DNA from: an uncultured Fibrobacterota bacterium
GTDB taxonomy: Bacteria; Fibrobacterota; Chitinivibrionia; Chitinivibrionales; FEN-1185
DNA: 64,000 nt
Reading direction: 5' to 3'
Assembly: GCA_963729895.1 (NCBI GenBank)
Contig: CAVSQB010000032.1
Span: 11,597-75,596 of the forward strand
Position numbers and translations under genes: made by a program
The notes under the pieces: model-generated
What the model was told of the DNA's origin: nothing
Database searches by the model: none
What the model saw: the letters and a program-made list of their open reading frames with translations, nothing else
Part shown: positions 9,792 through 19,261 of the stretch, piece by piece
Layout of the letters: the number at the start of each line of letters is the position of its first letter
How positions within the stretch are numbered: position 1 is the first letter of the stretch

Positions 9792-10172
9792 TCACACATG
9801 AGAACGGATGATGCCGAGAGTGTGGGATATGAGTTCCTGATAGAAATTCGTCGACTTGTCGAAGACCCGGTACCGGTGGGGCGATTCCATTGCGGCGGAC
9901 ATATTTCCAGTGATGACAACACCGTCAATTTCCGGGTGGAGTTTGTCGACTTCATCAAGAAGCTGCACGCCGGTAAGACCCGGCATGTTGAAATCGGTAA
10001 TGACGATTGCCGGGCGGATGTTGTCGATGATGATCTTCTTTAGGGCTTCGCGCGGGTCCTTATAGACAGCAATGTTTTTAAAACCGGCTAAACGCAACCG
10101 CTCGGCAATGGTATCGGCAATATCGGGCATATCGTCGACGATGATGATGAGGTCTGAAACTTTCTGAATCAA
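9792..10172 (-). CDS. Single-domain response regulator
   Basis: IVDD, TDFNMPGLTG, VITG motifs; AGGAGG RBS with TTG start. Confidence 0.85.
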   Translation of the reverse strand: MIQKVSDLIIIVDDMPDIADTIAERLRLAGFKNIAVYKDPREALKKIIIDNIRPAIVITDFNMPGLTGVQLLDEVDKLHPEIDGVVITGNMSAAMESPHRYRVFDKSTNFYQELISHTLGIIRSHV

Positions 10173-10368
10173 TAGAACCTCCTTCGCTGTTGGAATACCG
10201 AAGAAGCGAAGGTACGCCGATACGAAGGATGATGCGACAAGCAGGCGGGGCGTGCCTTATAGGAAAGCCTGTGCAGGAGCGGCCGCAAGGAAGCGGAACG
10301 GACGGGAGGAATGCGGCAGTTTACGTTTAATATTTGTGTGTTTGCTTTGGATAATTGTGAATTTACTT

Positions 10369-11613
10369 CTAAGAAGCGGGGGGGGGGGGGGGGGTAATAA
10401 GTGCCTGCTCAATTACCCGAAGTAGTCCTTCTGTCAAGTATGGCTTCGCGAGCTTCCCCTTGAACCCGTATTTGTGAGGTTCGGCGAGAATGGGATCATC
10501 GGGATATCCGCTGGACGCAATAACTTTTACCAAGGGATCGATCTTCAGCAATTCCTGCATGGTTCGTCTGCCGTCCATAGCGCCGGGAATTGTCAAATCT
10601 ACAATCACGAGATCAAAAGGCTTTTGCTCTGACAATGCTTTTTGGTACAAATCAATAGCTGCCGTGCCGTGGGTTGCGACGGCGACGGCGTATCCATTGT
10701 GGGACAAGATTGCTTGAGAGATGTCGAGAATGTTTTCCTGATCGTCCATAACCAGAATTTTTCCATGACACGCATGAGATGTAAGTGATGGAATTGATGA
10801 TTCAACGCAAACAGAGGATTGAGTCGCCGGGAGAAAAATGGAAAAGGTAGCTCCCTTGAGCGCTTCGGAATCAACCTGTATATGGCCACCATGTTTTTTG
10901 ATTATCGAGTAAGCTGTTGCAAGCCCAAGGCCGCTGCCTTGCGGCTTGGTTGTGAAAAACGGATCGAAGATACGAGGAAGAATGTCCTTTGGAATTCCCA
11001 TGCCCTGGTCGCTGATTGAAATTCTGACGTAGGGACATGGATGTAACGAGGGCGGAAGGGGAGCGCCGTCGGGAACATTGCTTGCGGATATAACGATGTT
11101 ACCCCCGTGAGGCATAGCCTGGCGGGCGTTGATCAGAATGTTGTGAAGGACTTGTTCAATCTGGTACTTGTCGGCATCACAATTCCAGAGGTCATGAGGG
11201 ATGTCTAATTCAGACGATACATTAGACCCGCTCAAAGCGAGTTGCGAGTTTTCCCGGAGAAGGGACGAGAGAGAGATTGTTGTCTTCGCCGCGATTCCGC
11301 CTTTAACACAAGTCAATAACTGTCGCGTGAGGGATTGGGCCGAATTGAAGGTCGAAATCGCGTTATCAAGATGGTGCGCCGCTTCCGATTCTCTTTCAAT
11401 GCTTTCTTTTGCCAGGCTGATATAACCGAAGATGCCGGTAAGAAGATTGTTCAAGTCATGGGCAATGCCGCCGGCAAGAACGCCAAGACCTTCAAGCCGT
11501 TGGGCTCTTTGAAGCATTTCTTCCGGATTCATGCGCTCGGTAATGAGCGTGTAATCATCTTCCCGCTGCGGGAGAAGGGGGAGTTCTTGGTCTGACGCCA
11601 TGCAAGACTCCAT
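10369..11613 (-). CDS. Hybrid histidine kinase (HisKA-HATPase-REC) lacking an N-terminal sensor
   Basis: AGGIAHDLNN, NARQAM, DPFFTTK, GSGLGL, LVMDD motifs. Confidence 0.9.
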   Translation of the reverse strand: MESCMASDQELPLLPQREDDYTLITERMNPEEMLQRAQRLEGLGVLAGGIAHDLNNLLTGIFGYISLAKESIERESEAAHHLDNAISTFNSAQSLTRQLLTCVKGGIAAKTTISLSSLLRENSQLALSGSNVSSELDIPHDLWNCDADKYQIEQVLHNILINARQAMPHGGNIVISASNVPDGAPLPPSLHPCPYVRISISDQGMGIPKDILPRIFDPFFTTKPQGSGLGLATAYSIIKKHGGHIQVDSEALKGATFSIFLPATQSSVCVESSIPSLTSHACHGKILVMDDQENILDISQAILSHNGYAVAVATHGTAAIDLYQKALSEQKPFDLVIVDLTIPGAMDGRRTMQELLKIDPLVKVIASSGYPDDPILAEPHKYGFKGKLAKPYLTEGLLRVIEQALITPPPPPAS

Positions 11614-11963
11614 AAAGAAGCCACGATACGGGATCGGGCTTTGATGCCGTAATGAAAGAGCCTAATAGGAGAACCATTAGTATATCACGTCGGATGGTAG
11701 CTTGTAAAGATTTTTGTGGAAAAATCGGGGAACACGGACTGGAAAATCACTCGTCCGGTCAATTTCTGGCGGATTTATCGGTCATTTTGGAGCGGACCGG
11801 TAAACTTAATTTCAATTATTCCATATGAATTATTCTTTCGGCAATTTTAATTGACTAATAACAGATATTGTCTTTGATTGAGCAAATAATAATCTATTTG
11901 CAAACAACCGCTCAAAATGATATATTACAAGTGTTTCTGTATCTCTTTTAGTATCAATGTCTT

Positions 11964-11991
11964 ATGTCGCATAATGTATCTTATGTAACCT
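11964..11991 (+). other. dif-like XerC/XerD recombination site
   Basis: ATGTCGCATAA TGTATC TTATGTAACCT versus E. coli dif GGTGCGCATAA TGTATA TTATGTTAAAT; intergenic and AT-rich. Confidence 0.75.
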
Positions 11992-12699
11992 AACCCGGAA
12001 ATAACCCTCTTTTTCCCCCAATTTTAGCCCTTCTTGTATTTTGTGACCCTTGTCCAAAGTTATTCAGTATCTCATGAAGAAATTTGTCCACTACTTCGAA
12101 ATGTCGCACTTCCTCAAGTACTGCGAAGCGCAGCGGGATGTCGCCTTGGTGGCCTTCGCGTCAAATAACTGAAGGATTCTTCCTTAGCCGCCCCTCGTCA
12201 GGGACTTCACCCCGTCGGGTGCTTCGGCGCGTCGCCAAGGGTCGCCGATCTTTGTCGGCGGGGCTCTACTTCAGCAGCTCAAGGAAGTCAAGGAAAACGA
12301 CTATGAAATGCATTTCGTTATCGTGAAGATTTATAAAGGGTATGGTATGCCTCGCCTGTTTGTGCTTAGGACAATGCGGTCATTAACAGATTTATTTGCA
12401 AGCTGACATTACCATAACAAAGACAAAATAGCCTAAATACAAAATGCCATACCCAAACCAGCCTCGGCAAATCCAATTTAATTTCTTATCCTTTAATTTC
12501 AAATATTCCCTTCCATAAATAAATGAAAGCATCGCGACATTATTCTGCATCGTGTTATTTATGAGAAAGGTTGGAGAACCCAATAATTCCCATTTTTCAT
12601 TATGATTGTTTTTCAGATAGGATAAGAGGTAGAATGAGATGGTCGACTTTTCTTGACAGGAATTTCTGATTGCTTAGTTGGCCTTGCCTGTCTTGCTCG

Positions 12700-13542
12700 T
12701 CAAGCTGCCTTTGATAGCACTACCTCACCAATATACACTTCCATTGGATAGTTGTAAAGGAGGGACGAGTGCTCCCTCCGGTTGTTGTACCGTTCAAAGA
12801 ACTCCGCAAGGCCGGTGCGGCACTCGGCAACGGAGCTGTACCCCCGTATGTAGATGTCGTCGTACTTGACCGTTCGCCACAGCCTCTCGACAAACACGTT
12901 ATCCAGCGCCCGCCCTCGTCCGTCCATGCTGATCCGGATACCGCGTTCAAGGAGCACCGAGGTGAACTCCTCGCTGGTGAACTGACATCCCTGATCCGAG
13001 TTGAAGATTTCCGGTTCTCCGTACTTCGCCAGTGCCTCCTTGAGAACTTCGATGCAGAAGCCGCTGTCCAGCGAGGTCGACAGACGCCATGCAAGGACGC
13101 ACCGACTGTACCAGTCGATAACGGCGCAGAGGTAAGCGAAGCCGCCGTTGAGGCGGATGTAGGTGATATCGGTGCTCCACACCTGGTTGGGGTGGTTGAC
13201 CACTACGCCACGAAGCAGATACGGGTACTTCTTGTGTGCCTTATTGGGCTTCGAGGTGTTCAGGGCCCGGTAGATCGCGTGGAGGCCCATACGGGCCATC
13301 AGCCTGCGAATCTTGCTGCGCCCAACCTCCAGCCCAAACTGACGCCTCATGGCCGCCCGGAGCCTTCTGGTGCCCCGCGTGGGGTCATCGGTGAATAGCT
13401 CATCGATACGATCCATGAGCAACTTGTTCATCGGACTAGTCTGCGGCGTATAGTAAATCGAGGTCCGACAAATGGAAAGCAGCGAACACTGCCTCTTCAA
13501 AGTCAAGTCCTCGCTTGTAGAATCGGCCATCTTTGCTCTCAT
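12700..13542 (-). CDS. IS3 transposase OrfB (DDE)
   Basis: WSTDITY, FNSDQG, DNVFVERLWRTVK motifs. Confidence 0.95.
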   Translation of the reverse strand: MRAKMADSTSEDLTLKRQCSLLSICRTSIYYTPQTSPMNKLLMDRIDELFTDDPTRGTRRLRAAMRRQFGLEVGRSKIRRLMARMGLHAIYRALNTSKPNKAHKKYPYLLRGVVVNHPNQVWSTDITYIRLNGGFAYLCAVIDWYSRCVLAWRLSTSLDSGFCIEVLKEALAKYGEPEIFNSDQGCQFTSEEFTSVLLERGIRISMDGRGRALDNVFVERLWRTVKYDDIYIRGYSSVAECRTGLAEFFERYNNRREHSSLLYNYPMEVYIGEVVLSKAA

Positions 13543-13901
13543 AGCATGCCCAGCTTCCGCAAGTTTTTTTTTAGGAACTCGACATCCATGGTCAGCTCCC
13601 CGACCTTGCGTGCATACTCATCGCGATCACCGCGAACGCGCTCAAGCTCTTGCTCGGCGTTCTTGTCTCCCGAAAAAGCCATCTGCGCGTTGCCAAGAAA
13701 CTGCCTGCGCCACTGAGCTATCTGGTTGGGATGGACTTCGTACCGACTTGCCAAAACGGACAGCGGTTCGGCCTCCTTCAAGGCTTCCAGAACCACCTTC
13801 GTCTTCAGAGCGTCGTCGATCTTGCGGCGGGTCCGCTTGGCGGGGTTGCCATCGCTGTTCGGGGACATCGCGGCGGCCTTCGCTTGCTGCTTCCGGTTCA
13901 T
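13539..13901 (-). CDS. IS3 transposase OrfA
   Basis: LASRYEVHPNQIAQW HTH; FLKKN frameshift window; AAGGAG RBS. Confidence 0.9.
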   Translation of the reverse strand: MNRKQQAKAAAMSPNSDGNPAKRTRRKIDDALKTKVVLEALKEAEPLSVLASRYEVHPNQIAQWRRQFLGNAQMAFSGDKNAEQELERVRGDRDEYARKVGELTMDVEFLKKNLRKLGML

Positions 13902-14089
13902 GTTGGACTCCTTTGATAATGAAAAAATACCCTCGGAATCCAACTAAGAAACCATTATTTCCTGTTCAAAAATCCCGGACCATCTCAGAACGAGGCAGGT
14001 AAAACCTCTCTGACATATGTAAAGTTGAAGTTAGGTTCATAAAAAATCAACAAGAGCGCTTCTGTTAGGACTATTTCAACAACCTGCTA

Positions 14090-14473
14090 GGAGTCTGCCA
14101 AGTTCTAGACCACCTGGTGGCCAGGTACGGAAAGCCGGAAGCTCTGTTGACTGATAACGGCCCGGAATTCCGGAGCAAAGAACTCATGCTCTGGGCAATA
14201 CGAAACCAGGTAAGGCAGGAATTCATTCAGCCCGGCAAGCCCAGCCAGAATGCTTTTGTAGAATCATTCAATTCGATATTCAGGGACCAATGCTTGAATG
14301 AAAACTGGTTCATCTCATTAGAGGACGCAGAAAGAATAATCGAACATTGGAAGAACATTTACAACCGGATACGGCCACACGGATCACTAAAGGGGAAAAC
14401 ACCTGAAGAATACAGAGGTCAATTCAAAGAGAAAACTCCCATTTCGACTGAGAAAGTAATTGGGGTATAGCCA
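14090..14473 (+). mobile_element. Truncated IS3-family (IS407-like) element: OrfB C-terminus and right end
   Basis: TDNGPEF, IQPGKPSQNAFVESFN, RPHGSL motifs; ends in ...tagcca. Confidence 0.85.
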
Positions 14474-14983
14474 CCGAATCATGACCGATAACGAACGACC
14501 GGCGGGGGACAATGACGAAAAATAGTGGGATCGCACATCCCCATTCGAACGGGCGTTCGATTTATCATTGGTTTGGTTGATGTTTGCAGGGGCGTTCAAT
14601 TTATTGTCCGTTTTATTCCAATTCGTAGGGGCGTTCAATTGAACGCCCCTACAATTCGGTGTATCGTCATTTGAAAATTGAACGCCCCTACCACCACCAT
14701 CGCGAATTTGTAGTATCCCGTGCATATGGTCCGGCATGATGACAAATTCATTCAACGTCACGTTCGGATAATGATACGGAATTTCCTGCCAATATTTTTT
14801 TGCGATTTCACCGATGGGGGTCAATTGCAATGAACAATTGTCCGGGGGGTTGCCGTGTGGAACGGCCAATACGCATCGAATGTCATGCAAACAAATCGTC
14901 ACGAAATAATACCCCGGCGCCGTGTAATCGTGCCCGTCCAGTCGCACGGATCTTCGGTGAAAGATTTCAGGGTTGAATAACAC
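14474..14983 (-). pseudogene. REP-associated tyrosine transposase (RAYT), 3'-truncated by IS
   Basis: HRRSVRL..HDY..PGYYFVTIC and FVIMPDHMHGI (HUH) motifs; stops after SLSVMIR, so the catalytic Tyr region is missing. Confidence 0.88.
14625..14652. repeat. GTAG-type REP palindrome inside the RAYT
   Basis: Perfect palindrome gtaggggcgttcaattgaacgcccctac; half-copies nearby. Confidence 0.85.
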
Positions 14984-15321
14984 AGCCCGCGTATTGTCAT
15001 TTCATTGTTAAGGGTATCATAGTTGCGCCTCGCGCCCTTTATTATGTCGTTTGCCCTTTCCCCGCCACTCGGGGCGGGGTTCTTCAAAAACGGCATCGCG
15101 TGACGACCTGCCTTCCGGTTCTTCCGGTCCTCGGGTATCCTGCAGAATCGCACCTCGGGTAGGTTCACCTTATAAAATATTGCTTCCCACTGTCAAAACC
15201 TGAGAGTCCCGCTTTATTTTTCGTATTTCTTAATGGCGCTTTGGGGTGCCATGTTCCGTGCGACACTTCGCGGGCAGCCGTGCCGGTAATGACGGCGCCC
15301 CTTATGTACTTCTTTGTTCGC

Positions 15322-16317
15322 CTACCGGCCTCTGTACTTGACCACCCGACCGCACAGATCCAAAAAATCCGTCGAGTTCAGGCAGCTCTTGCAGTCATTC
15401 ACCAGCCAGGAGCAAATCTCGAATCGCAGGTCGCTTGTGTCGGGGTCTACATGGTCCACGGTGGGCAGCAGGCCGCATTTTTTCTTAAAGCCCCGGTAAT
15501 CATTCTTTACTTTTGAGTCATCCCATGTGCTGATAAGCCGCCAGGCCAGCGTTTGCCCGGTGTATGGGTCAAGAAGGCCGTTTGTCAGGACCGCCTGATG
15601 GATCGCATACTTGTACAGGGCCTTGCTGGAATTTAGTGCGCATGCCCTTTTGAGCCTTTTGTCGCGGCAGAAAAGATCTTCCGCTTTTTTGTCAATCCAC
15701 GCCCTGTATTTTGCCGGCGTGCACAGCCCTTGCAAATAAGCGGGCGGGAAATACAGGGTGGGGCAACCGTTGGGAGAAGAGAATGCGGAATGAACGCTTG
15801 ACCGGTAGGATATGATCCGTTGGCACAGGTCCACGAACTCCGACGGAGTTTGGTTGGTCTTGCACAGGTTGATTATGAAGGAGCATATCTCAAATTCCAG
15901 CGTGTCCGAATCCGGGTCTATGTGGTCGACCGACGGCATCAGATAGAACTGCTTGAGATAGCCCTTCTCTTTTCTTATCCGGGTGGGGTCGTATTTGCTT
16001 ACAAGGTCCCACCGGAGCTTCTCACCGGTGAATGGATCGGTGGATCCATTTTCACACACGGCCTCGTTAATTTTCCTCTTGTAGCCGTCGGCATCGCCGG
16101 TCAGCGCGTAGGGCTTTTTGTGCGCAAGGTCCCGGACCAACAGGCTTTTCGATTTGTCGTGCAGCCAATTGCAGTAGGATGTTTGGGTTATTTGCCCTTG
16201 CAGGTATGCGGGACGGGGATATTGGGGAGCACGGCTTTTGCATTCTTTTCCGGAGGCAAGCCTCCGGGAGCGCCGGAAAGGTGAACCGGATTCTCTGCGA
16301 TGCCTCGTTTTTGCCAT
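15322..16317 (-). CDS. Protein with two tandem HNH-like domains
   Basis: Internal duplication of DP(F/Y)TG..L.W, P(S/T)VDH(I/V)DP, FEICS...N.CK. Confidence 0.7.
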   Translation of the reverse strand: MAKTRHRRESGSPFRRSRRLASGKECKSRAPQYPRPAYLQGQITQTSYCNWLHDKSKSLLVRDLAHKKPYALTGDADGYKRKINEAVCENGSTDPFTGEKLRWDLVSKYDPTRIRKEKGYLKQFYLMPSVDHIDPDSDTLEFEICSFIINLCKTNQTPSEFVDLCQRIISYRSSVHSAFSSPNGCPTLYFPPAYLQGLCTPAKYRAWIDKKAEDLFCRDKRLKRACALNSSKALYKYAIHQAVLTNGLLDPYTGQTLAWRLISTWDDSKVKNDYRGFKKKCGLLPTVDHVDPDTSDLRFEICSWLVNDCKSCLNSTDFLDLCGRVVKYRGR

Positions 16318-16564
16318 AATGCCTCCGATTTTTACAAGCCGTTCCCGATCTTTCTATGCAGCGTTATCAGATTTGTCGTTATCTCCAGTTGAGAATTTTG
16401 TAACCGGGTGTTTCTGCGGTGCGCGCAACTGAAGGTACGGGCCTGCCAAGGGTACACCCACGCTGCACCGGCTCGGCAAACCAAATGCATTTGATTCGTA
16501 TTTAGATTTCCCGGCATAGCCGTCCAAAAGCATTTAATTTGCATTTCCATTTAGAACCCTGACC

Positions 16565-18169
16565 CTATTTCTCCGGAATCACCAGTTCCAGAATTTTTTC
16601 CTGCATTTCCCAATTGTTCTGCTGCACGTGGCTGTTGCAGTTGCGGAACATGATGGAAAAGGCGTACGTCTTGTTCCGGACAAAGGCATACCCCGCAATC
16701 GTGCTTACGCCGTACTCGTTGAGCGTACCGGTCTTGCCGCGCACCAGGCCCTTGAGCCTTGAATCCTTGAAGCGGGATTTGAGGGTTCCGTCGATGCCTG
16801 CCGAGGGAAGCGAGTAGACGTATTCGGGAAAGAACGATTTTCGGGTCCACACGTACCGCAGCAACTCGGTAATCTGGCGGGCGCTCATGCGGTTGCTGTT
16901 GCCCATGCCGGACCCGTTCTTGATTTCCGGAATACCGGGCAGCTTCTTTTCTTTCCACCATGCAAGCGCGAGCGCCGCCGATTTCTCCCACGAGCCGGCC
17001 GCAGAGTCGGCCTCGGCGCTCAAGGTCTTGAACAGCATCTCGGCCATGTAGTTGTTCGAAACCTTGTTCATGGAATTGACCGCCTGGTACAGCGGCACCG
17101 AAGGAAACACATAAAACGGACCCCTCGCCTTCACCGAATCCGGGACAGTGCCGCGTTTCACTTTTCCCTTGAACCCGATCTTGTTATCCTCAAGGAGCCT
17201 TTCGAACACGTTCCCGAAATACTCCCATGTCTGCCAGACTTTTTTGTATTGTACAACGGGACTCGCGTCGAGGGGCATGCTCCCCGACACCGTCACAACG
17301 GTGTTGTCCCCGTCTTTGCGGGTGCTCGCTGCCACCGCAACCGGCTTTCCGGCCGCGGTGGTCTGCGCGGAAACAATAAGTTTTACAATGGATGTTTTGG
17401 GAAGAATGTCCGCACGCACGGGAGCTCCGACGGAGCGGCCGGGCCTGATCCAGATGCTCTCGCAATTAAAATTCGCGCTTACCGCGTCCACCGGAGCAAC
17501 GTAAGGATGGCTGGAATCGTCTTCGTCAAAACCCGGCCCCACCGAGACCGAATCGAAAAATGAATCGTCGAGAACTATGTCCCCTTCAATCGACCTGAGT
17601 CCGATGCACGCAAGGTGCTGGACAAACAGCCACATCCGCTCAATCACAAAATACGGGTCTGCGCCTCCCCGGATGTACAGATTGCCGCGGCATATCCCGG
17701 TATCGGAAGAAATCGGTTTCTCCGCGTACACCGTCGTCTTGAAGGCATAGTTCGTTCCGAGTCTTTCAAATGCCATGGCCGTGGTGAGGAGTTTGGACAC
17801 CGATGCCGGATTATACAGCGAATCCGCGTTAAAGGCCGCAACCACCGAATCCCCTTCGAGGTCCTTTACCACCACCCCCACGTTCTGAGGGGCATACCTG
17901 CCGCGTCTGAGGAGCGCTTCCAGTTTCGTGCCCGGAGTCCGCCCGGCAGGGGTCCCCATTGAATCCTGCGCCTCCGCCGACGCCGCAGCAGCAGCAAACT
18001 GCGCAACGCAGGCTCCCGTGGCGCAGAGCAGCACCGCAAGAATCAAAGCCCGCGAAAACCTTCTTTCAACCGGGCCTGCCCGCCGGAAACGGCCGTTGCC
18101 GGGGCCTTCGTATTTAGCAACGCTGCGGGGGGTCAAACAAATAATTATGCTATTTTTATTTTCTTGCAT
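16565..18169 (-). CDS. dacB: D-Ala-D-Ala carboxypeptidase/endopeptidase PBP4 (peptidase S13)
   Basis: PASVSK (SxxK), SNN, GKTGTL motifs; start uncertain. Confidence 0.93.
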   Translation of the reverse strand: MQENKNSIIICLTPRSVAKYEGPGNGRFRRAGPVERRFSRALILAVLLCATGACVAQFAAAAASAEAQDSMGTPAGRTPGTKLEALLRRGRYAPQNVGVVVKDLEGDSVVAAFNADSLYNPASVSKLLTTAMAFERLGTNYAFKTTVYAEKPISSDTGICRGNLYIRGGADPYFVIERMWLFVQHLACIGLRSIEGDIVLDDSFFDSVSVGPGFDEDDSSHPYVAPVDAVSANFNCESIWIRPGRSVGAPVRADILPKTSIVKLIVSAQTTAAGKPVAVAASTRKDGDNTVVTVSGSMPLDASPVVQYKKVWQTWEYFGNVFERLLEDNKIGFKGKVKRGTVPDSVKARGPFYVFPSVPLYQAVNSMNKVSNNYMAEMLFKTLSAEADSAAGSWEKSAALALAWWKEKKLPGIPEIKNGSGMGNSNRMSARQITELLRYVWTRKSFFPEYVYSLPSAGIDGTLKSRFKDSRLKGLVRGKTGTLNEYGVSTIAGYAFVRNKTYAFSIMFRNCNSHVQQNNWEMQEKILELVIPEK

Positions 18170-18251
18170 GGTTTCACAACCTATTTTTAGAAGAAGTTAT
18201 TTGAGCCACCGTGAGTCATACTCTTCGAAAGGTCTGGAGGTCAGCATCAGT

Positions 18252-18467
18252 ATGCCGAAATTTTCAATTGCGTTCATTGTGCCGGCCAAGTCAAGTGCAA
18301 TCAGGCACCGCATCATCGAAAGTCAGGACCAGGATTCCGCACTAAAGTCGTTTTTCTCCGAAGAGGCGTCCGAGTTCTATTCGGACGACGATCAGGGGTT
18401 TTTCTATTTCAAGGAAGACTTTTTCGACGAAACAAATACGTCGGGAAGTGTCATCCGGCTCGATTAG
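18252..18467 (+). CDS. Small acidic hypothetical protein (71 aa)
   Basis: GGAGG RBS; converges on nrdR with a GC hairpin between them. Confidence 0.65.
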   Translation: MPKFSIAFIVPAKSSAIRHRIIESQDQDSALKSFFSEEASEFYSDDDQGFFYFKEDFFDETNTSGSVIRLD

Positions 18468-18497
18468 TCCGCGCCGCGGCGAAGCCCCGCGTGCGCG

Positions 18498-18983
18498 CTA
18501 CCTGCTTTTCTCCCGTGTGTGCTGCGTATCGCTCTTTGCAGCCAACTCCTTGACCTCGGTGATGAACTCGCCCTTGTCCTTGAACTTCCTATAAACTGAA
18601 GCGAACCGGACATAGGCGACGTCGTCCATCTGGTACAGCTCGGTCATCACCAGGCCGCCGATCTCCTTGCTCGGGATCTCGGTTTTCGACAGCTTCTGGA
18701 TCTGGTTCTCTATTCTGTCAACGACAGCCTCGATCTTGTCCATGCTGATGGGCCGCTTTTTACATGCCGACAGCAGGCCGTTCATCAGCTTCTGGCGGTC
18801 GTACGGCTCCCTCCGCTGGTCGTTCTTGATGATGGTGAGCGGAACGGTTTCGATGTATTCGTATGTTGTAAACCTCTTTTCACACTTCAGGCATTCCCTG
18901 CGGCGCCGCACCGCCTGTCCCTCCTTACTCGAACGGGAATCGACCACTTTGTCTTCTTCATGTCCGCAGTAGGGGCACTTCAT
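18498..18983 (-). CDS. nrdR: Transcriptional repressor NrdR
   Basis: MKCPYC, VVDSR, RRRREC..C..RFTTYE, ATP cone, VAYVRFASVY. Confidence 0.98.
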   Translation of the reverse strand: MKCPYCGHEEDKVVDSRSSKEGQAVRRRRECLKCEKRFTTYEYIETVPLTIIKNDQRREPYDRQKLMNGLLSACKKRPISMDKIEAVVDRIENQIQKLSKTEIPSKEIGGLVMTELYQMDDVAYVRFASVYRKFKDKGEFITEVKELAAKSDTQHTREKSR

Positions 18984-19066
18984 CGCCGGGCTCCTTGCGT
19001 TGGTGGTGTTGTTTTACCGATAAAATTGCGATCGGGCTGCCTTATAGTATTAGTTTGACATTTCCG

Positions 19067-19082
19067 CTACAATATATGGTAG
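19067..19082. promoter_or_regulatory. NrdR box
   Basis: CTACAATATATGGTAG fits the NrdR-box consensus; weaker copy at 19087-19102. Confidence 0.65.
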
Positions 19083-19261
19083 TAGTAAAATACATCTGTT
19101 GCCGTGCAGTTTCCAACCGTAAAAGAAGTCCTTACACGAAGGCCCGTGGCTTGTCGCAGCACCAAAACCACGAAAAGAAAAATGGGGATTGGTCTTTTTG
19201 CGGTCGAGGGAGAAATCGATCAATCACCGCATTGGCAGGAGCGCTTTAACGCACGAGCCAC

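Larger units (their letters stand above)
12635..13987 (-). mobile_element. IS3-family insertion sequence, complete
   Basis: IRs tgagatggtc..acagg at both ends; 3-bp duplication GAA; orfA/orfB with A9 slippery site. Confidence 0.95.
12392..14070 (-). pseudogene. Small membrane protein interrupted by IS3; 5' end lost
   Basis: Removing the IS and one GAA restores the frame ...REVLPASFYLLSYLKNNHNEKWELLGSPTF... Confidence 0.6.

Noticed and set aside
12060..12330. Possible transposase C-terminal remnant right of dif
   Set aside because: No recognisable motif or matching inverted repeat
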